A stretch of 63,994 bases of DNA, filler included, from Sanchytrium tribonematis (Eukaryota), in assembly GCA_018985235.1 (NCBI GenBank). It is 11 parts of 11 records of this genome, joined end to end, with 100 filler letters (N's around TTAATTAATTAA, not from the genome) between each part and the next. Parts side by side here need not be neighbours in the genome. Positions count along the whole stretch, not along the records: positions 29,827 to 35,653 come from JADGIG010000575.1; positions 35,754 to 41,575 come from JADGIG010000576.1; positions 41,676 to 47,488 come from JADGIG010000577.1; 8 more parts are not named here. The stretch is one strand, 5' to 3'. Under the pieces are notes generated by a model. The model was not told the DNA's origin, did not search any database, and was given only the letters and a program-made list of their open reading frames with translations. A program made the position numbers and the translations under genes. Numbering within the stretch: the first letter of the stretch is position 1; every line of letters begins with the position of its first letter. Below are positions 32,878 through 44,610 of the stretch, one piece after another.

Positions 32878-33422
32878 ATGACGGTCTAGACTAAAAAAGT
32901 CAAAAGTCAAGTCAAGTCTGTCTCGACTTAAGGCAGACTCATAAATTTTCGACTTGACTTAACTTGACTTAGTCGCTAGCTGGAGTCAATTTAAAATAGA
33001 CTTATAAATTGATTATATTTTACTGAAAATTCCCAAAAATTCCCAATTTTTAATTCTTATTCGTTGTAGATGTATGGTATTTGTATTAGGGTATTTAATT
33101 TTAATAAGTTGAAGCTAAAAGACACCCTAGTTTCTAATTTAAAATTTTCACAAGTTCAAAATTTTTAAAGTTTTTTCATTAAATTGTTTAAAAAATGGTT
33201 TTATTGTCACTCTTATTCACAACGGATAGCTTTTAGGTCATTCTGACAATGATATTGCTAAAAATAACCAATAAAAGATCAATATTAACCAATAAAAGTC
33301 GTCAAAAAATTCGACTTAAAAATGTCTCAGTTAGCGACTTAAGTCAAGTCAAGTCAGACTCGACTTAAGGCAGATTATTTATTTTTCGACTTGACTCGAC
33401 TTGACTTAGTCTAAACCGTCAT
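32878..33422. mobile_element. Non-autonomous DNA transposon (MITE-like), about 545 bp
   Basis: 17-bp TIR with 1 mismatch (ATGACGGTCTAGACTAA / TTAGTCTAAACCGTCAT), subterminal AAGTC/GACTT pentamer arrays, AT-rich non-coding core; no clear TSD. Confidence 0.8.
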
Positions 33423-33878
33423 CTATAGGTGTTTTCTATCGAGTATCGATTTATGCCTGATATCAATGCAGAAACAGATGCAAATATTTTAGCAAATCGA
33501 ATTGGATCATGCAAATTGTAAAAATGTCCTGCTCGAGGCATCTGATCTGTTACTAGTGGCATTGACATGGATAATGAAAGAAGAAAGTACATATTGATGG
33601 GGGGGGGGTGATCGGATCCTATAAATGGGTACAAATGGTTACAGTGTGACATTGCAGCAAATATGATTCGTGATTAATTGGTTACTTAATGTGACAAATT
33701 TATTCAAATTTAACTTCTACGGTAGCCTCATGTATGTTCTTATTATCTCTTAATTGCGTTGCTTGAATATAACAAAATCCCTTAATTCCATCTACCACTT
33801 TCATTTCATGCGTGTAACATATCAAGCTACTATTTATTTTCATCTGAATCTACAAAAAATATCACTGTTTTATCAAAA

Positions 33879-34400
33879 CTACCACAATCCACTAAATATC
33901 GACATGTTGTCTTGAATTCCAATCTCACTAGTCACTTTAAATTGATGCTCATATTTCCAATCAGTATTCCCAAATCCGACTTTAAATCGATATCCAAATA
34001 ACTTTTTCATAGATCCTTTTTGAATGACTTGTTCAAATTGACTCTCTGGACATTTCACTTGTGTTGTTAATTGACTAGCACTATGCCATTTCACTTGATT
34101 TGATGTTGCAATAATATGAATAGAATTTCCAATGCCATATTCACGATCATTTTGTGGTGAAATGACATTTAAAAAAGGTTCTTTGTTTCCAAATGCTTTT
34201 TTGAGTCCAATGATGGCACCAGCACCTATAAGTCCACTAGCAACTGCAGCTGCTTTTTCACGACCTGATAAATGTGCTGCAAATTGATCACTCTGACTTT
34301 CCACTTCTGCTGTCACTGGTGTCACTAGTGTCGCTATTGAAAATTTCATTGCTCCCTCTGTCAATTCGGTACTTGCAAATACAGTCAACAATGTAATCAT
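33879..34400 (-). CDS. Putative secreted protein of unknown function
   Basis: MITLLTVFAS start; Ig-like segment FLNVISPQNDREYGIGNSIHI. Confidence 0.5.
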   Translation of the reverse strand: MITLLTVFASTELTEGAMKFSIATLVTPVTAEVESQSDQFAAHLSGREKAAAVASGLIGAGAIIGLKKAFGNKEPFLNVISPQNDREYGIGNSIHIIATSNQVKWHSASQLTTQVKCPESQFEQVIQKGSMKKLFGYRFKVGFGNTDWKYEHQFKVTSEIGIQDNMSIFSGLW

Positions 34401-34485
34401 GTCTCTCAAAATGACATTGTATCAATGTATACCTTCCCACGCTACACAACCAATTACAAGAAATCACAAATTGTTTCAATATTTA

Positions 34486-35653
34486 TTACAATTCAAATCG
34501 TTGATTCAAATCCATTTGATGCCCAGTACTCATTTGTGGAATCTGTTGATATTTCCCTTGTAATAATCCACGCGTTCCTTGTAATATTTGTAATAAAGTT
34601 GGATTTGGATTTCCTTTTAAAACACTCATAAATGCCCAACTCATTGCACCCGTATTCTGTCCTTTAATAGATGTATCTGCAGAATATTGTTTATCTTTAC
34701 ACCCACTCAACATAATAATTGTCGCATCTGAAGTATGTTTTTTAACATTCTCAGAATCCTTACCAGCTGCATGATACTGTGCCATTTTCGCACCACTGAC
34801 TAATGAACTCATTGCATTATTGATTCTACCTCTTTTAAATGCCATATAGCCACTCATTAATTCTTTACCTGCATTTGCCATGCCTTTGATTTGAGTGCGT
34901 TCTTTTAATTTCCCACTTGGTAAATACGTAAATGGCAAATCTAATGCAGTCCCAGAATGACAAGAATCAAAAATCACTGTTAATTTGACACCTTTAGGGA
35001 GTGGTCTCACTAATATTTCATGCATTTCATCATCTATAATTTGACCATTTCTTTTATAATCTACTGGACATATCGTCTCATCATAACCATCATCCTCATC
35101 TCCATTTTTATCAGCTACTTTCCCACCATGTCCAGAATAATGAAAAAATAAAGAATCACCTGGTTTTGCATTAGAAACAAGCCATTTCATACCATGCAAC
35201 ATATTTTGACGAGTAGGAATGTATTTTGGATTAGATTGATCATCTGTCAGTATTAACATGTTGGATGGATTGAATTTGTAGATTTGGAGTAAAAATTGCT
35301 TGATATTGGTGACATCTTGAATACATCCTTTTAATTGGCCTTGCTGTTTGAAATAATTGATGCCAATTAATAATGCCTTTTTATTGCCTGATACACGCAC
35401 ATTATCTGTAAATGCGGTGTGTTGGTGGACTGTGGCAGCTGGTGGGATAGAAGGATTGGATTGTTGAGGGGGATATTGTGGCGGATATTGCTGATGAACG
35501 GGTTGTTGGGGTGGATACGGTTGCTGAGCAGGTTGCTGAACAGGTTGCTGTATGGGATATCCTTGTTGTTGTTGTTGATAGGGTTGAGGGGGATACGCAT
35601 TATAGGGTTGTTGCGCAGGATATGGTTGTTGAGGTGGATAATTCTGTTGTGGA
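34486..35653 (-). CDS. MCA1: Type I metacaspase with Q/P/Y-rich prodomain (5' partial)
   Basis: KKALLIGINY, FHYSGHG, IFDSCHSGT, SGCKDKQYSAD; the frame continues upstream as PQQNYPPQQPY... to the contig edge. Confidence 0.95.
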
Positions 35654-35753
35654 NNNNNNNNNNNNNNNNNNNNNNNNNNNNNNNNNNNNNNNNNNNNTTA
35701 ATTAATTAANNNNNNNNNNNNNNNNNNNNNNNNNNNNNNNNNNNNNNNNNNNN

Positions 35754-36592
35754 TGAATTTGACAAGTCAAAAAAGAAAATGATATTTTTAGATCTTGATG
35801 GCACAATTATACCTGTTGAGAAAACATTGCAGTCTACTGAGGTTGGGCTTTTAAATTCTTTGGCATCAAAAAGAAATAGCAAAAGTTTCACTAGTCTTGA
35901 TGAACTTCAACGATATAAAGAGCCGCAAATTAACATCGAATCGGTGTTAAAAAAGCTTTCACAGGACCCAAATAACATCATTTATGTCATTTCAAGTAAA
36001 AGAAGAGAAGCCTTGGACTCCCGATTTGGAGGAATCACTAATATCGGCATGGCAGCAGAAAATGGATGTTTTATTAAACACCCAAATTCTGAATGGGAAA
36101 ATAAAGCATCAGATGATCTTGAATGGAGAGATCAAGTCTTAGACCTACTAGAATATTATACAGAGGTACTCTTTTTTAATTTAGAGGACCCCAGGTTCAT
36201 ATATAGAAATCAAAAGTGTAAGTTTGGTATGGAATTATAGTTTGGCAGACAATGCATTTGGTTCTTGGCAAGCCGCTGAGCTAAAAAATCATATCAATGA
36301 GTCAGTGAGTGTCAAAGATCCTATATATTGTATTGCTGGATATAAAAATATAGCTGTGATGCCTAAGAATATCGACAAGGCAACCGCAATTAAAGCTGCA
36401 ATTCAACACTGTGGTACGGCTGATTTTTACATGGCTATCGGGGATGATTCTGCTGATGAACCTATGTTTGATTATATTCAACAGCTTGAGGGCAAACACA
36501 AATATGCTGTGACTGTTGGAAGGAAAGCCTCTAATAGTTCTTATTTTGCTACAAATGTTGATGAGGTGCTGAAACTATTGAGCGGCTTATAA
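35754..36592 (+). CDS. TPS2: Trehalose-6-phosphate phosphatase domain (Tps2-like, 5' partial); intron 36166-36184
   Basis: FLDLDGT, AAENGCFI, spliced EYYTE|RTPGSYIE, AIGDDSADE. Confidence 0.85.
36166..36184 (+). other. 19-nt spliceosomal intron (TPS2)
   Basis: GTACTCTTTTTTAATTTAG; restores the conserved YYTERTPGS motif. Confidence 0.95.
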
Positions 36593-36625
36593 TTTAGATT
36601 CTAATGAAATAAACTTGTTTTTTGC

Positions 36626-37081
36626 ATGAAACCATTCTTTAAAAAAAGCTACATTTTTAAATTCGATTTTGCGTCTGAACAAATAATTTGCTATGACTTG
36701 TTGATAGACGGAACCCTGAAATACTATAAAAAGAGAATAATTGATATGAAATGCGAATCACAATATTTGTCCATGACAATGGATAATTCATTTCCGCTAA
36801 ACAATTTTTGGCAAAATCAAGATTATCATTTGCATTGCTTGGTCGTAAACATAGGGAATCCTTTGACCATATATTGCTATAATTATCCTCTTCTCGAGCT
36901 GCACTATCCTGCTGATACTTGTAAGCCTTTTTTGACTCAAAAAATATATTTGCTGACTTTTACAGTATTTTATAGAAAAGGTCAATTGAAAAAGATAGAA
37001 GAGCCTTTGAAAGACGATCACCACTATCAATTATTAGTAGGAAAAGCATCCGAGTTTATCAAGCTGTCAAATTTACAATAA
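36626..37081 (+). CDS. Hypothetical protein
   Basis: 151-aa ORF exactly filling the gap between TPS2 and POL1. Confidence 0.45.
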   Translation: MKPFFKKSYIFKFDFASEQIICYDLLIDGTLKYYKKRIIDMKCESQYLSMTMDNSFPLNNFWQNQDYHLHCLVVNIGNPLTIYCYNYPLLELHYPADTCKPFLTQKIYLLTFTVFYRKGQLKKIEEPLKDDHHYQLLVGKASEFIKLSNLQ

Positions 37082-37082
37082 T

Positions 37083-40000
37083 TTACTTGAATCCAGCTTT
37101 AGCGAATAGTTGTCCTAAAGGAATTTCATTGCAATTACTAGATTGGATCATGAAATTGACTTGTTTTGTTATCAATGTGCAACAGCGGTCATACTTGTTT
37201 AAATATCTGATCATTGTTTCCCGTTTCGAAATTTCTAATTTATGGTACAGCTTTTTCAGCTCAGAAGCATCAAATGCTCTTTTTAATTGCACAAGGGTCA
37301 TGTGAATTGAATTACTATGTGTTACATAAGACTGGTGATTTAGTAAGAAAAATCTACCACGAGGTCCGCTATCGGTTTTCCTAGAGTAATATTCTTTCAC
37401 CATTGCTCTGATGTAACTCAATACTAGATTATATACTTTGGATTCATCTAACTCCTGCTTACATTTGTTACAAATAAAGCCAAGTGGATTTTCTTTCGCG
37501 CTACTTAGGAAATAAGTAACTTGATATGTGTTGTAGCATTGGCATGTAATTGGTATTTGCTTAAACTCCATATTAACATAAAGATCCAATTGTTCCGAGT
37601 AATTCATTTGTTGGTTCCCTTTATAATCCATTCCAAATATAGAAGCAATATGATGAATATCTAAATCCTCAATTGGATAAACTAACCTCTGAATAGGTGG
37701 AAAGAGCTGCTGATTTATGTACCATTCTGTATCTAAGTAAATATGAAATACCAACAACAAGAGTAGAGTCATTTTTTAAATCATCTGGATGAAATGACCT
37801 TGAGCTAAAACTTCCGCTTCCGACACAAACAACAAATGGAATGATATCTCCAACATGCACTGGAATGTTTTTAGATTGCATTTTCAGAGCGACCTGAACA
37901 TGAGGTTGATTTTTGGCATCGTCATATTTGGCAGGATCTTTGGTTAAACTTTTGTGAATAACAAATTCGTCGATCTCGATGTTACCGTTCTTTAAATTCT
38001 CGACTAAAATCCTCAAATGCTCAAAAATGTTATTGACAACTTCCTCGCGTGTGTCCTCGCTCATCAATTGCTTCAAAATAAAATGACTTGTGTCTCTTGA
38101 TAATTTACACCAATCTCTACGAACCATATCAAGACCTTTGACTTCCTCTTTGAACGAGATTTCGCTTCCATGTTCTTCAGCAATCAAAGCGGCATATTTT
38201 TTCTTTTTCAATAGCAACAGTTTTTTTAGATAGCCATCCATTCCTATTTCTAACTCTTTATACCTCATATTAACGCGCTTTCTAAAATCGTCACCAATTT
38301 CTTTTGCCTTTTGTAAATCATCTAGTCTGGTATGAATCATAATTGAGTCCGTGTCGCCATACACGACTTGAAGACCCATTTCAGTAGCTAATTCGACAGT
38401 ATTTTGCAACGATTGTCTTCCCTGATGAGTAATTAACATAGCGAGTGGTTTGGCGTAAAATCTACTGTTGGTAAATCCTAGACAACCGTACATGGAATTG
38501 GCAGTCAATTTCAAAGCTTTTTGTTGAATATCCAATTGTTGGTATTCTTGTTTGGACGCATTTTTCATCTTTTTCTTGACACTTTTTCTTTGTTCAACCA
38601 AATCTCCAAGCAGCTTCGGCAATATTCCTTGTTCTCGAGCTTCTGGGATCTCTGGCAAGTCTTCTTGATTTCTCTCAACAGTTGTAAAGCATATATTATA
38701 TTCTTGAATAATAGAGGGATAAAGTGAATTAAAGTCAAGAAGTAAAACATAGCTGTCATAAAATCCTACCACTGGTTCTAAAACTAGACCACCGGCATAT
38801 TGAGGTTTTCCTCTCTTCTTTTTCTCACCTGTAGATTTATACTGATATTTGTCTGGAACAATGTATTTTAAAGAATGAAATGTATGAAGTAGCAAGTATT
38901 CATTTCTTTCACTTCTAGCACCTGTAATTGTTCTGGACCAAGTATTTCCAGCTAAATTCGTGAGCTGCTTTGTTAACGGCAACACCTGCAACTTCATCAT
39001 TAAAGCAACAGCACTCATTGCATGATGGCAGCCCGTCTCCAACAAGAATATGAGTAAGTCACTGGAGCTGAAGTAATCTGCCATTCTTTCATGATTAATT
39101 TCTGGGATTTTTTGGTCCAAGATATTTTCAACCAATGCGTGAAGTTGAAAACTTCTCTGTTGCGGTAAGAGGTCTTTCGAGACGATAAATGTATCACAGA
39201 TCAATCTTCCACAGCAAACACCTCTTTCATTATGGCTCACTGTATTGATATTAGAGTTAATTTTGGGAAATTGTTTTCTTCGTAGCCTTCCTAATTTAGA
39301 CCACATATCGAGATTAAAGTGCTTCATTCTAGATAAAAACACGTTTAAATGATAACTTGTAAATGTATGACCAAATAAAACATCGGGATTGTATCGGGTT
39401 AGCAGACTTAAAAATTGTGCCAAAATTGTCTTTTCACTCTTGTGAATGTGGAATTTTAATCCCTTTGACATCATTTTTTGTTCTAGATCAAATGGAAGTG
39501 TCAAGGTTTGTGGCTGCCGTGTCATTGTAGTCTTTACGTAATTAAAATTATTATTTTGATCATGAATGTCCACGTCTAGATAAACCACAACACTTAGTCC
39601 TACAATTTCATTTTGGTTGGTTTTGTGATTCATTAATGTATCCATATGAATACTCATATACGTCAACTTTGGGAGGATAGGACTATCAAATACTTGAATG
39701 ACTTTAGGGTCCTCTACAATAAATTCTTTATCACACCAGGAGAAAGGACTTTCAGAATTTCCAAAAGTTTTAACTTTAAGCCAACATGGGCCCATAATCT
39801 TCCGCTTGATGATGAAATGCTCAAGGGCAGAGGTTTTAGTTCCGAATATTTTATAAAAGGTTTGACCTTGACTATCTGCAGGGAGTTCAGGGAAGTCGTA
39901 GCTGTATGTCACTTTCAAATATTCAGACTCCTGCGGTACATCTGGCAGTTCAAATGCATATTTTCTGGTGACTTCTTTCGCTTGAAGTTCCTTGATGTTG

Positions 40001-41010
40001 AATTTTTTTCTGTATTCATTGAACTCTAAAAATACATCCTGCATTGTAACCAAATCATCAGTTTCTTCCATATCTTCATCCATTTTGTATTGTCTGGGTA
40101 AAACAAAAATATTTCTCTCTATATTTTTCACTCGTATGCAGCAAGGCACGTACTTTGATTTTTCGTCACTAAAGACTTTACCAAACAAAAAGACTACTCC
40201 ATGAGACTCGAATGCATCGATATAATAAAATGCAAGCTCTTCTTGATCCTCCAAAGTCACTTTTTCTTCTTCCTTTTCGATGGCTTCTGACTCTTTCGTT
40301 TCAATTCCGGTTTCCACAAAAGAGACAGATTGTTGTTGCATTTTAATCATTTCATCAAAGTCGACTGTTTTTGAAAGATCTAGTTTTTTTAAGGGTTCGA
40401 TTGGCATTACTTTGCGTTGTTCCAATGAGGTATCTATTGCCATGTTATCTGAAGGTTGAAAATCGACTGACGCAGGCGCTGCGAAAGAGTCATTAAATTC
40501 CAAATCCCTTTGAAAAGAATTGTCAAAAATATTATCATCAGGTTTAAAGGGCTCGCTGAAAGAGACGCGATGTTTTTTACCTCGACCTTTTTTCTCCAGA
40601 GCACTTTTTCGCTTGGTCTTTGGAGGCGGCTTAAAATCCAGACCAGCTAAAACTGCATCTAAATGAGCATCCGCTTCTGCATTGTCTTTTATAACTTTTG
40701 CTGGGACCTGCTTTTTCATATTTGCAAATGCTTGCTGTATTGTATTTTTCTTTTTTCTCTCTTTAACCTCATCATCCTCATCATCCTCATCATCTTCATA
40801 GTTCTGATAAGTGTCCTGTCCATAATCAATATAACCTCTCCCTTGATCATTTACAACAAAGTCATCGTCATATACTTCAGGCTCTTCTAAATAGTCGTCT
40901 TTCACGTCGCCGGCCTCATAATCAAAAATAGTATTTCTATTCTTGAGCTTTTCAAACTTTTGCCGTAAATTTTCTTTGTTGTTCCCACGAGAGCGAGATT
41001 TACGATCCAT
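37083..41010 (-). CDS. POL1: DNA polymerase alpha catalytic subunit; exons 41010-37752 and 37732-37083
   Basis: [51 protein letters not shown]; spliced [15 protein letters not shown]. Confidence 0.97.
37733..37751 (-). other. 19-nt spliceosomal intron (POL1)
   Basis: Minus strand GTATTTCATATTTACTTAG; GTT G|AT ACA. Confidence 0.93.
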
Positions 41011-42066
41011 AAGTTTCAGCCAAGAAAAAATAATTTGTTGTGCTTCTATGGAAAATAAGAACATGAGCAGTTATTAGATTCTGGTTTATTTTCACATTTT
41101 GAGTGACATCTTTTCGTCATAAATTAGAATTTGGAAAAGGGAAACAATTCAAAACTAAATTAATCAATTTTACCTTGAAAATATAGAATCTTGTTCGTTA
41201 AAACATGATTTTCTAAATCGAACTCGACTGATATTTATGATATAAAATAAGTAGTTCCAATGGGAATGAATCCTAGCAATCAAATTATAAAATAACATCG
41301 AAGCACCAACCCTTACAACTTCATTAAGAAAACTGAGCTCAATGCCTAAGATCTTGAATTATAGCAAAAGCTGCATTCAATCTATTTGTGTCATCTGCTT
41401 TTGAGAAGCCATCTATTAAGATAAATTCTGAGAATACTTTTCCGCGTATTTCAGAGATTTCAACTTCATCTTTTAGCATTTTCTTGAGCAATATTTCTGC
41501 TCTCATTAAATCCCACTCTTGTTTTGATCTGAAATTCGAACCATGATAATCTTTTTCTGCAAAACTTGATACCGTNNNNNNNNNNNNNNNNNNNNNNNNN
41601 NNNNNNNNNNNNNNNNNNNTTAATTAATTAANNNNNNNNNNNNNNNNNNNNNNNNNNNNNNNNNNNNNNNNNNNNCGCTCATTTCAAGGCCATTTCACTG
41701 CAGATACTTTGCTACTTTTATTTGCACTCAAATCACAAATCCCCGACACCTTGGCCACACCTCTTAGTGGTCGTAATAATCCACGCGAGACTAGATATGA
41801 GATCCTATTAGTCAATTGCATGTATTTCATATACCCATTATAAAAGAATCCCTAAAAGTATCAGGGAAAAAATTGGAATGAAAGGAAGAAAGAAATTTTA
41901 TTAATGGGGTCTACAATTGCCAACGACAATACTCAACCTCAATGCATTAATTATTGCAAATTATAATTCTATTTAAATGTATGATTCTTGTTATTAATAA
42001 TTAGTTTGTTGCTGATTCAAATTATTAACTAGAAATTCCCGTATTAGATTTTTTTGATTGACAATT

Positions 42067-42903
42067 TCAAATGGATTGCCGATCTTGAGGTAGTGATAGT
42101 GAGATAGTCTTATTTGTAAGAATATGATTCAAATTTAGTGCATTTTTTTCCATTTTTTTGATTTTTACCATTTTGTCATTTTTAGATCTTAGTTTACGAA
42201 GTTCAATTAGATCCGGTCGACTTGAACATCTACGTTCATGATTTCGAATTTGAAGATTGGAATTGTGTCCCAATTCATGCCTACCACAATACCTACAACA
42301 TCCTATTGGTCTTGGTTGTCTTTGAACAAAATCCTCATTCCAAGGAATGTCTTTTATAGTCAAAGCAACATGAATTCTGTAGTTTAATGTCTTATAACTA
42401 CTTCCAGCATGCCCCAGGTCGCCACGAAATATCATTACAGAGCCTACGTCCAAATTGATAGTTTTATATTTACCATTTTTAATAATTTGGAGTGTTGTAT
42501 TAGGGCAAAGAGCTATCAAAAGTCCGCCTTGAAGGTGTCTGTGTCTTTCATACGCCTGGTTCAGTTCAAAATCAAGAAAATCTTGATGCATTTCCTGTTC
42601 GACCCCTCCAGGCAATGATTTTAAAACTACATATTTACGATCAATCCATGGAATGTCCACAAATTCAATATGTCTTTTTACTTTTATAAAAACGGGCTCG
42701 AAGGCGGCATCTAATTCTCGTGTTATAAGTGCTTGGAATCTATTAGGATCTAATTCTGTGGAATAGGTTGTTTTGAAAATCATTTGATACTTTAGAGTGT
42801 CTAATTTGGATAATATATGTATTATATCCATTTGCGATAGGAAATTCGGAATTTGATAATAATAATTTTGATAGAATTTTTGATGCCAATCAAACTTTTT
42901 CAT
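42067..42903 (-). CDS. 2OG-Fe(II) oxygenase-like (PhyH-type DSBH) protein with a C-terminal C2HC zinc finger
   Basis: HxD (QEMHQDF), distal His (IFRGDLGHAG), 2OG-binding Arg (NYRIH); CRYC...RNHERRC; basic tail. Confidence 0.75.
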   Translation of the reverse strand: MKKFDWHQKFYQNYYYQIPNFLSQMDIIHILSKLDTLKYQMIFKTTYSTELDPNRFQALITRELDAAFEPVFIKVKRHIEFVDIPWIDRKYVVLKSLPGGVEQEMHQDFLDFELNQAYERHRHLQGGLLIALCPNTTLQIIKNGKYKTINLDVGSVMIFRGDLGHAGSSYKTLNYRIHVALTIKDIPWNEDFVQRQPRPIGCCRYCGRHELGHNSNLQIRNHERRCSSRPDLIELRKLRSKNDKMVKIKKMEKNALNLNHILTNKTISLSLPQDRQSI

Positions 42904-43077
42904 GCTGAATAATTTTCTTTGGAAAATGATGAATATCACACGTGTAAATTTCGAAACATATATCCGATTAATAATTTGTTCGTTCTCTTTGAAGTTATTT
43001 ATTTTTCTATAGTCATTTAATAAATTGCAATATTAAATCAATGCTTTTTTCCAATAAAGAATAATTCCATTATTTAC

Positions 43078-43587
43078 TCAATCATCTTCCATCACCGACA
43101 ACAAAAAATCTAAATCCGATACTACCACGTCATTTGCAAGTTCTGATTGGGGAGACTTTAGAGAAATTCTTTGTGTGCTTCTTGAAATGTTTCTTGGGGA
43201 GGATCTTGATAAAGTGGTCTGGTTTTCTAATGCAGCGCTAGGTGGCATAGCGGGTGCACTGCTAGGATATGAATTTTCATGATTAATCGCTCTATTACTC
43301 GTGAGTCGATTGTTTCTCATTAATCTATATTGATTAAAATCACGTTCGATATTTCTTAGTATTTTGTGTTGTCGCAGTTTGTATAATTCTTCCTTGTATT
43401 TTCGGCGCAATCTAATTTCCATACATTCAATTACCAATGCCCTTAATGGAGCATTGAATGTTCTAGAATTTAGAATCCCTATAGGAGATATATTCATACG
43501 AATAGCTAAATTGCAGATCTGCCTGGCTATCCGGCGCGCATTGGCGTATGACAGTTCATTATTTTGTAAGTTTCTATGATGTGACAT
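43078..43587 (-). CDS. Basic hypothetical protein
   Basis: 169-aa R/N-rich ORF; TATATAA lies about 45 bp upstream on the minus strand. Confidence 0.5.
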   Translation of the reverse strand: MSHHRNLQNNELSYANARRIARQICNLAIRMNISPIGILNSRTFNAPLRALVIECMEIRLRRKYKEELYKLRQHKILRNIERDFNQYRLMRNNRLTSNRAINHENSYPSSAPAMPPSAALENQTTLSRSSPRNISRSTQRISLKSPQSELANDVVVSDLDFLLSVMEDD

Positions 43588-44327
43588 AGAGAAGTTATGT
43601 GAATCTATCCTATTCTATGGGGAGGTACCTCTTATATAAATTTGTTTTGAGCTACACGTGTGCTACGTAACATTGACATGTGCACATCGTATTCAAAAGA
43701 CGTCCATCTGCTCAAATCAAAAAATGTATATTAAACGGATAGCCCATACGTGTACCGCCCGGAAATTCCTTATTTGCTTTCAAATAAAAAAAAATATTTT
43801 TTGGAAAAATAAAAATTCATTTTCAAAAATTCAAATCAATCCCCGTGTTAGCAAGTGAAGTACGACATGACAACTCACAATTTGCCGCCACATCCGCTAT
43901 CAAGCGAAGAAAATGAAAACCGAGAAAGCAATCAGATGGACAAATCTAAGCCTCTAAAGCCTGCGAGCTATGCCACTTTGCAAGAAGCGCCTGTGAAAAA
44001 CGTAAATTGTGAACTTACATACGTGGTATTTTCAAATGGAAAAAGTGCAATTCGACACTCAATTGTTTCTATGATACATGAGCTTATGCATCCAGTATTT
44101 ATCGACTACCGTGTTAAACAGAGAGAAATGACTAAGGTTAAGAAATAATATTTAGGTCAAATAAAACAAAATATTCTCGCATTAGCTGTATTACAAGTTG
44201 AGCCACCGTGTAGAGTAAATTTCACGTTTAGCTTCACTGTTGCTTCATAGTCATCACATTGTTAAGACATTTCCATTTGACTAACGTGGTTAAATTCACG
44301 AGAACACCATATTGTTTACCCCAGTTT

Positions 44328-44361
44328 TAAAAGCGTGATCTGAAACGAGATCACGCTTTTA
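44328..44361. repeat. Perfect 14-bp inverted repeat with a 6-nt loop
   Basis: TAAAAGCGTGATCT-GAAACG-AGATCACGCTTTTA. Confidence 0.9.
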
Positions 44362-44610
44362 TCTGTCATTCAAATTTATACATATACAGTTTTTGTTTTG
44401 TAAATCAAATAGCAGGATATTAATATGCACTACTTTTATGATTTCCAAAATTACCCGATGAGATAGCATTCAAGTGGTTTTTATTGTAGTTTGAATGCCT
44501 TTGATATTGAAACCAATAAATTTATTAACTGTTTTGTAGATTTCTTAAAATCTTTTGAAATTAAGTTGTCAAAAGTATTTCTTTTTTGGACCCCCTTTGG
44601 CCCCTAAATA

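Noticed and set aside
33825..33925. Alternative-frame tail (KTTCRYLVDCGSFDKTVIFFVD) suggesting a frameshift in the 33879-34400 gene
   Set aside because: Plausible but untestable without homologues, and no 19-nt intron fits.
35367..35709. Three short ORFs over the Q/P-rich region
   Set aside because: Shadow frames of the metacaspase low-complexity prodomain.
36120..36240. Split genes read as pseudogenes, sequencing frameshifts or programmed frameshifting
   Set aside because: Each break contains a GTA..AG 19-mer with shared consensus whose removal restores both frame and conserved spacing.
38521..40890. Antisense and alternative-frame ORFs within POL1 (and similar ones inside other genes)
   Set aside because: They overlap a well-conserved gene and have no motifs of their own.
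41750..41800. Possible Helitron 3' end (short stem followed by CTAG)
   Set aside because: The stem is only about 6 bp, spacing is atypical, and CTAG is not followed by T.
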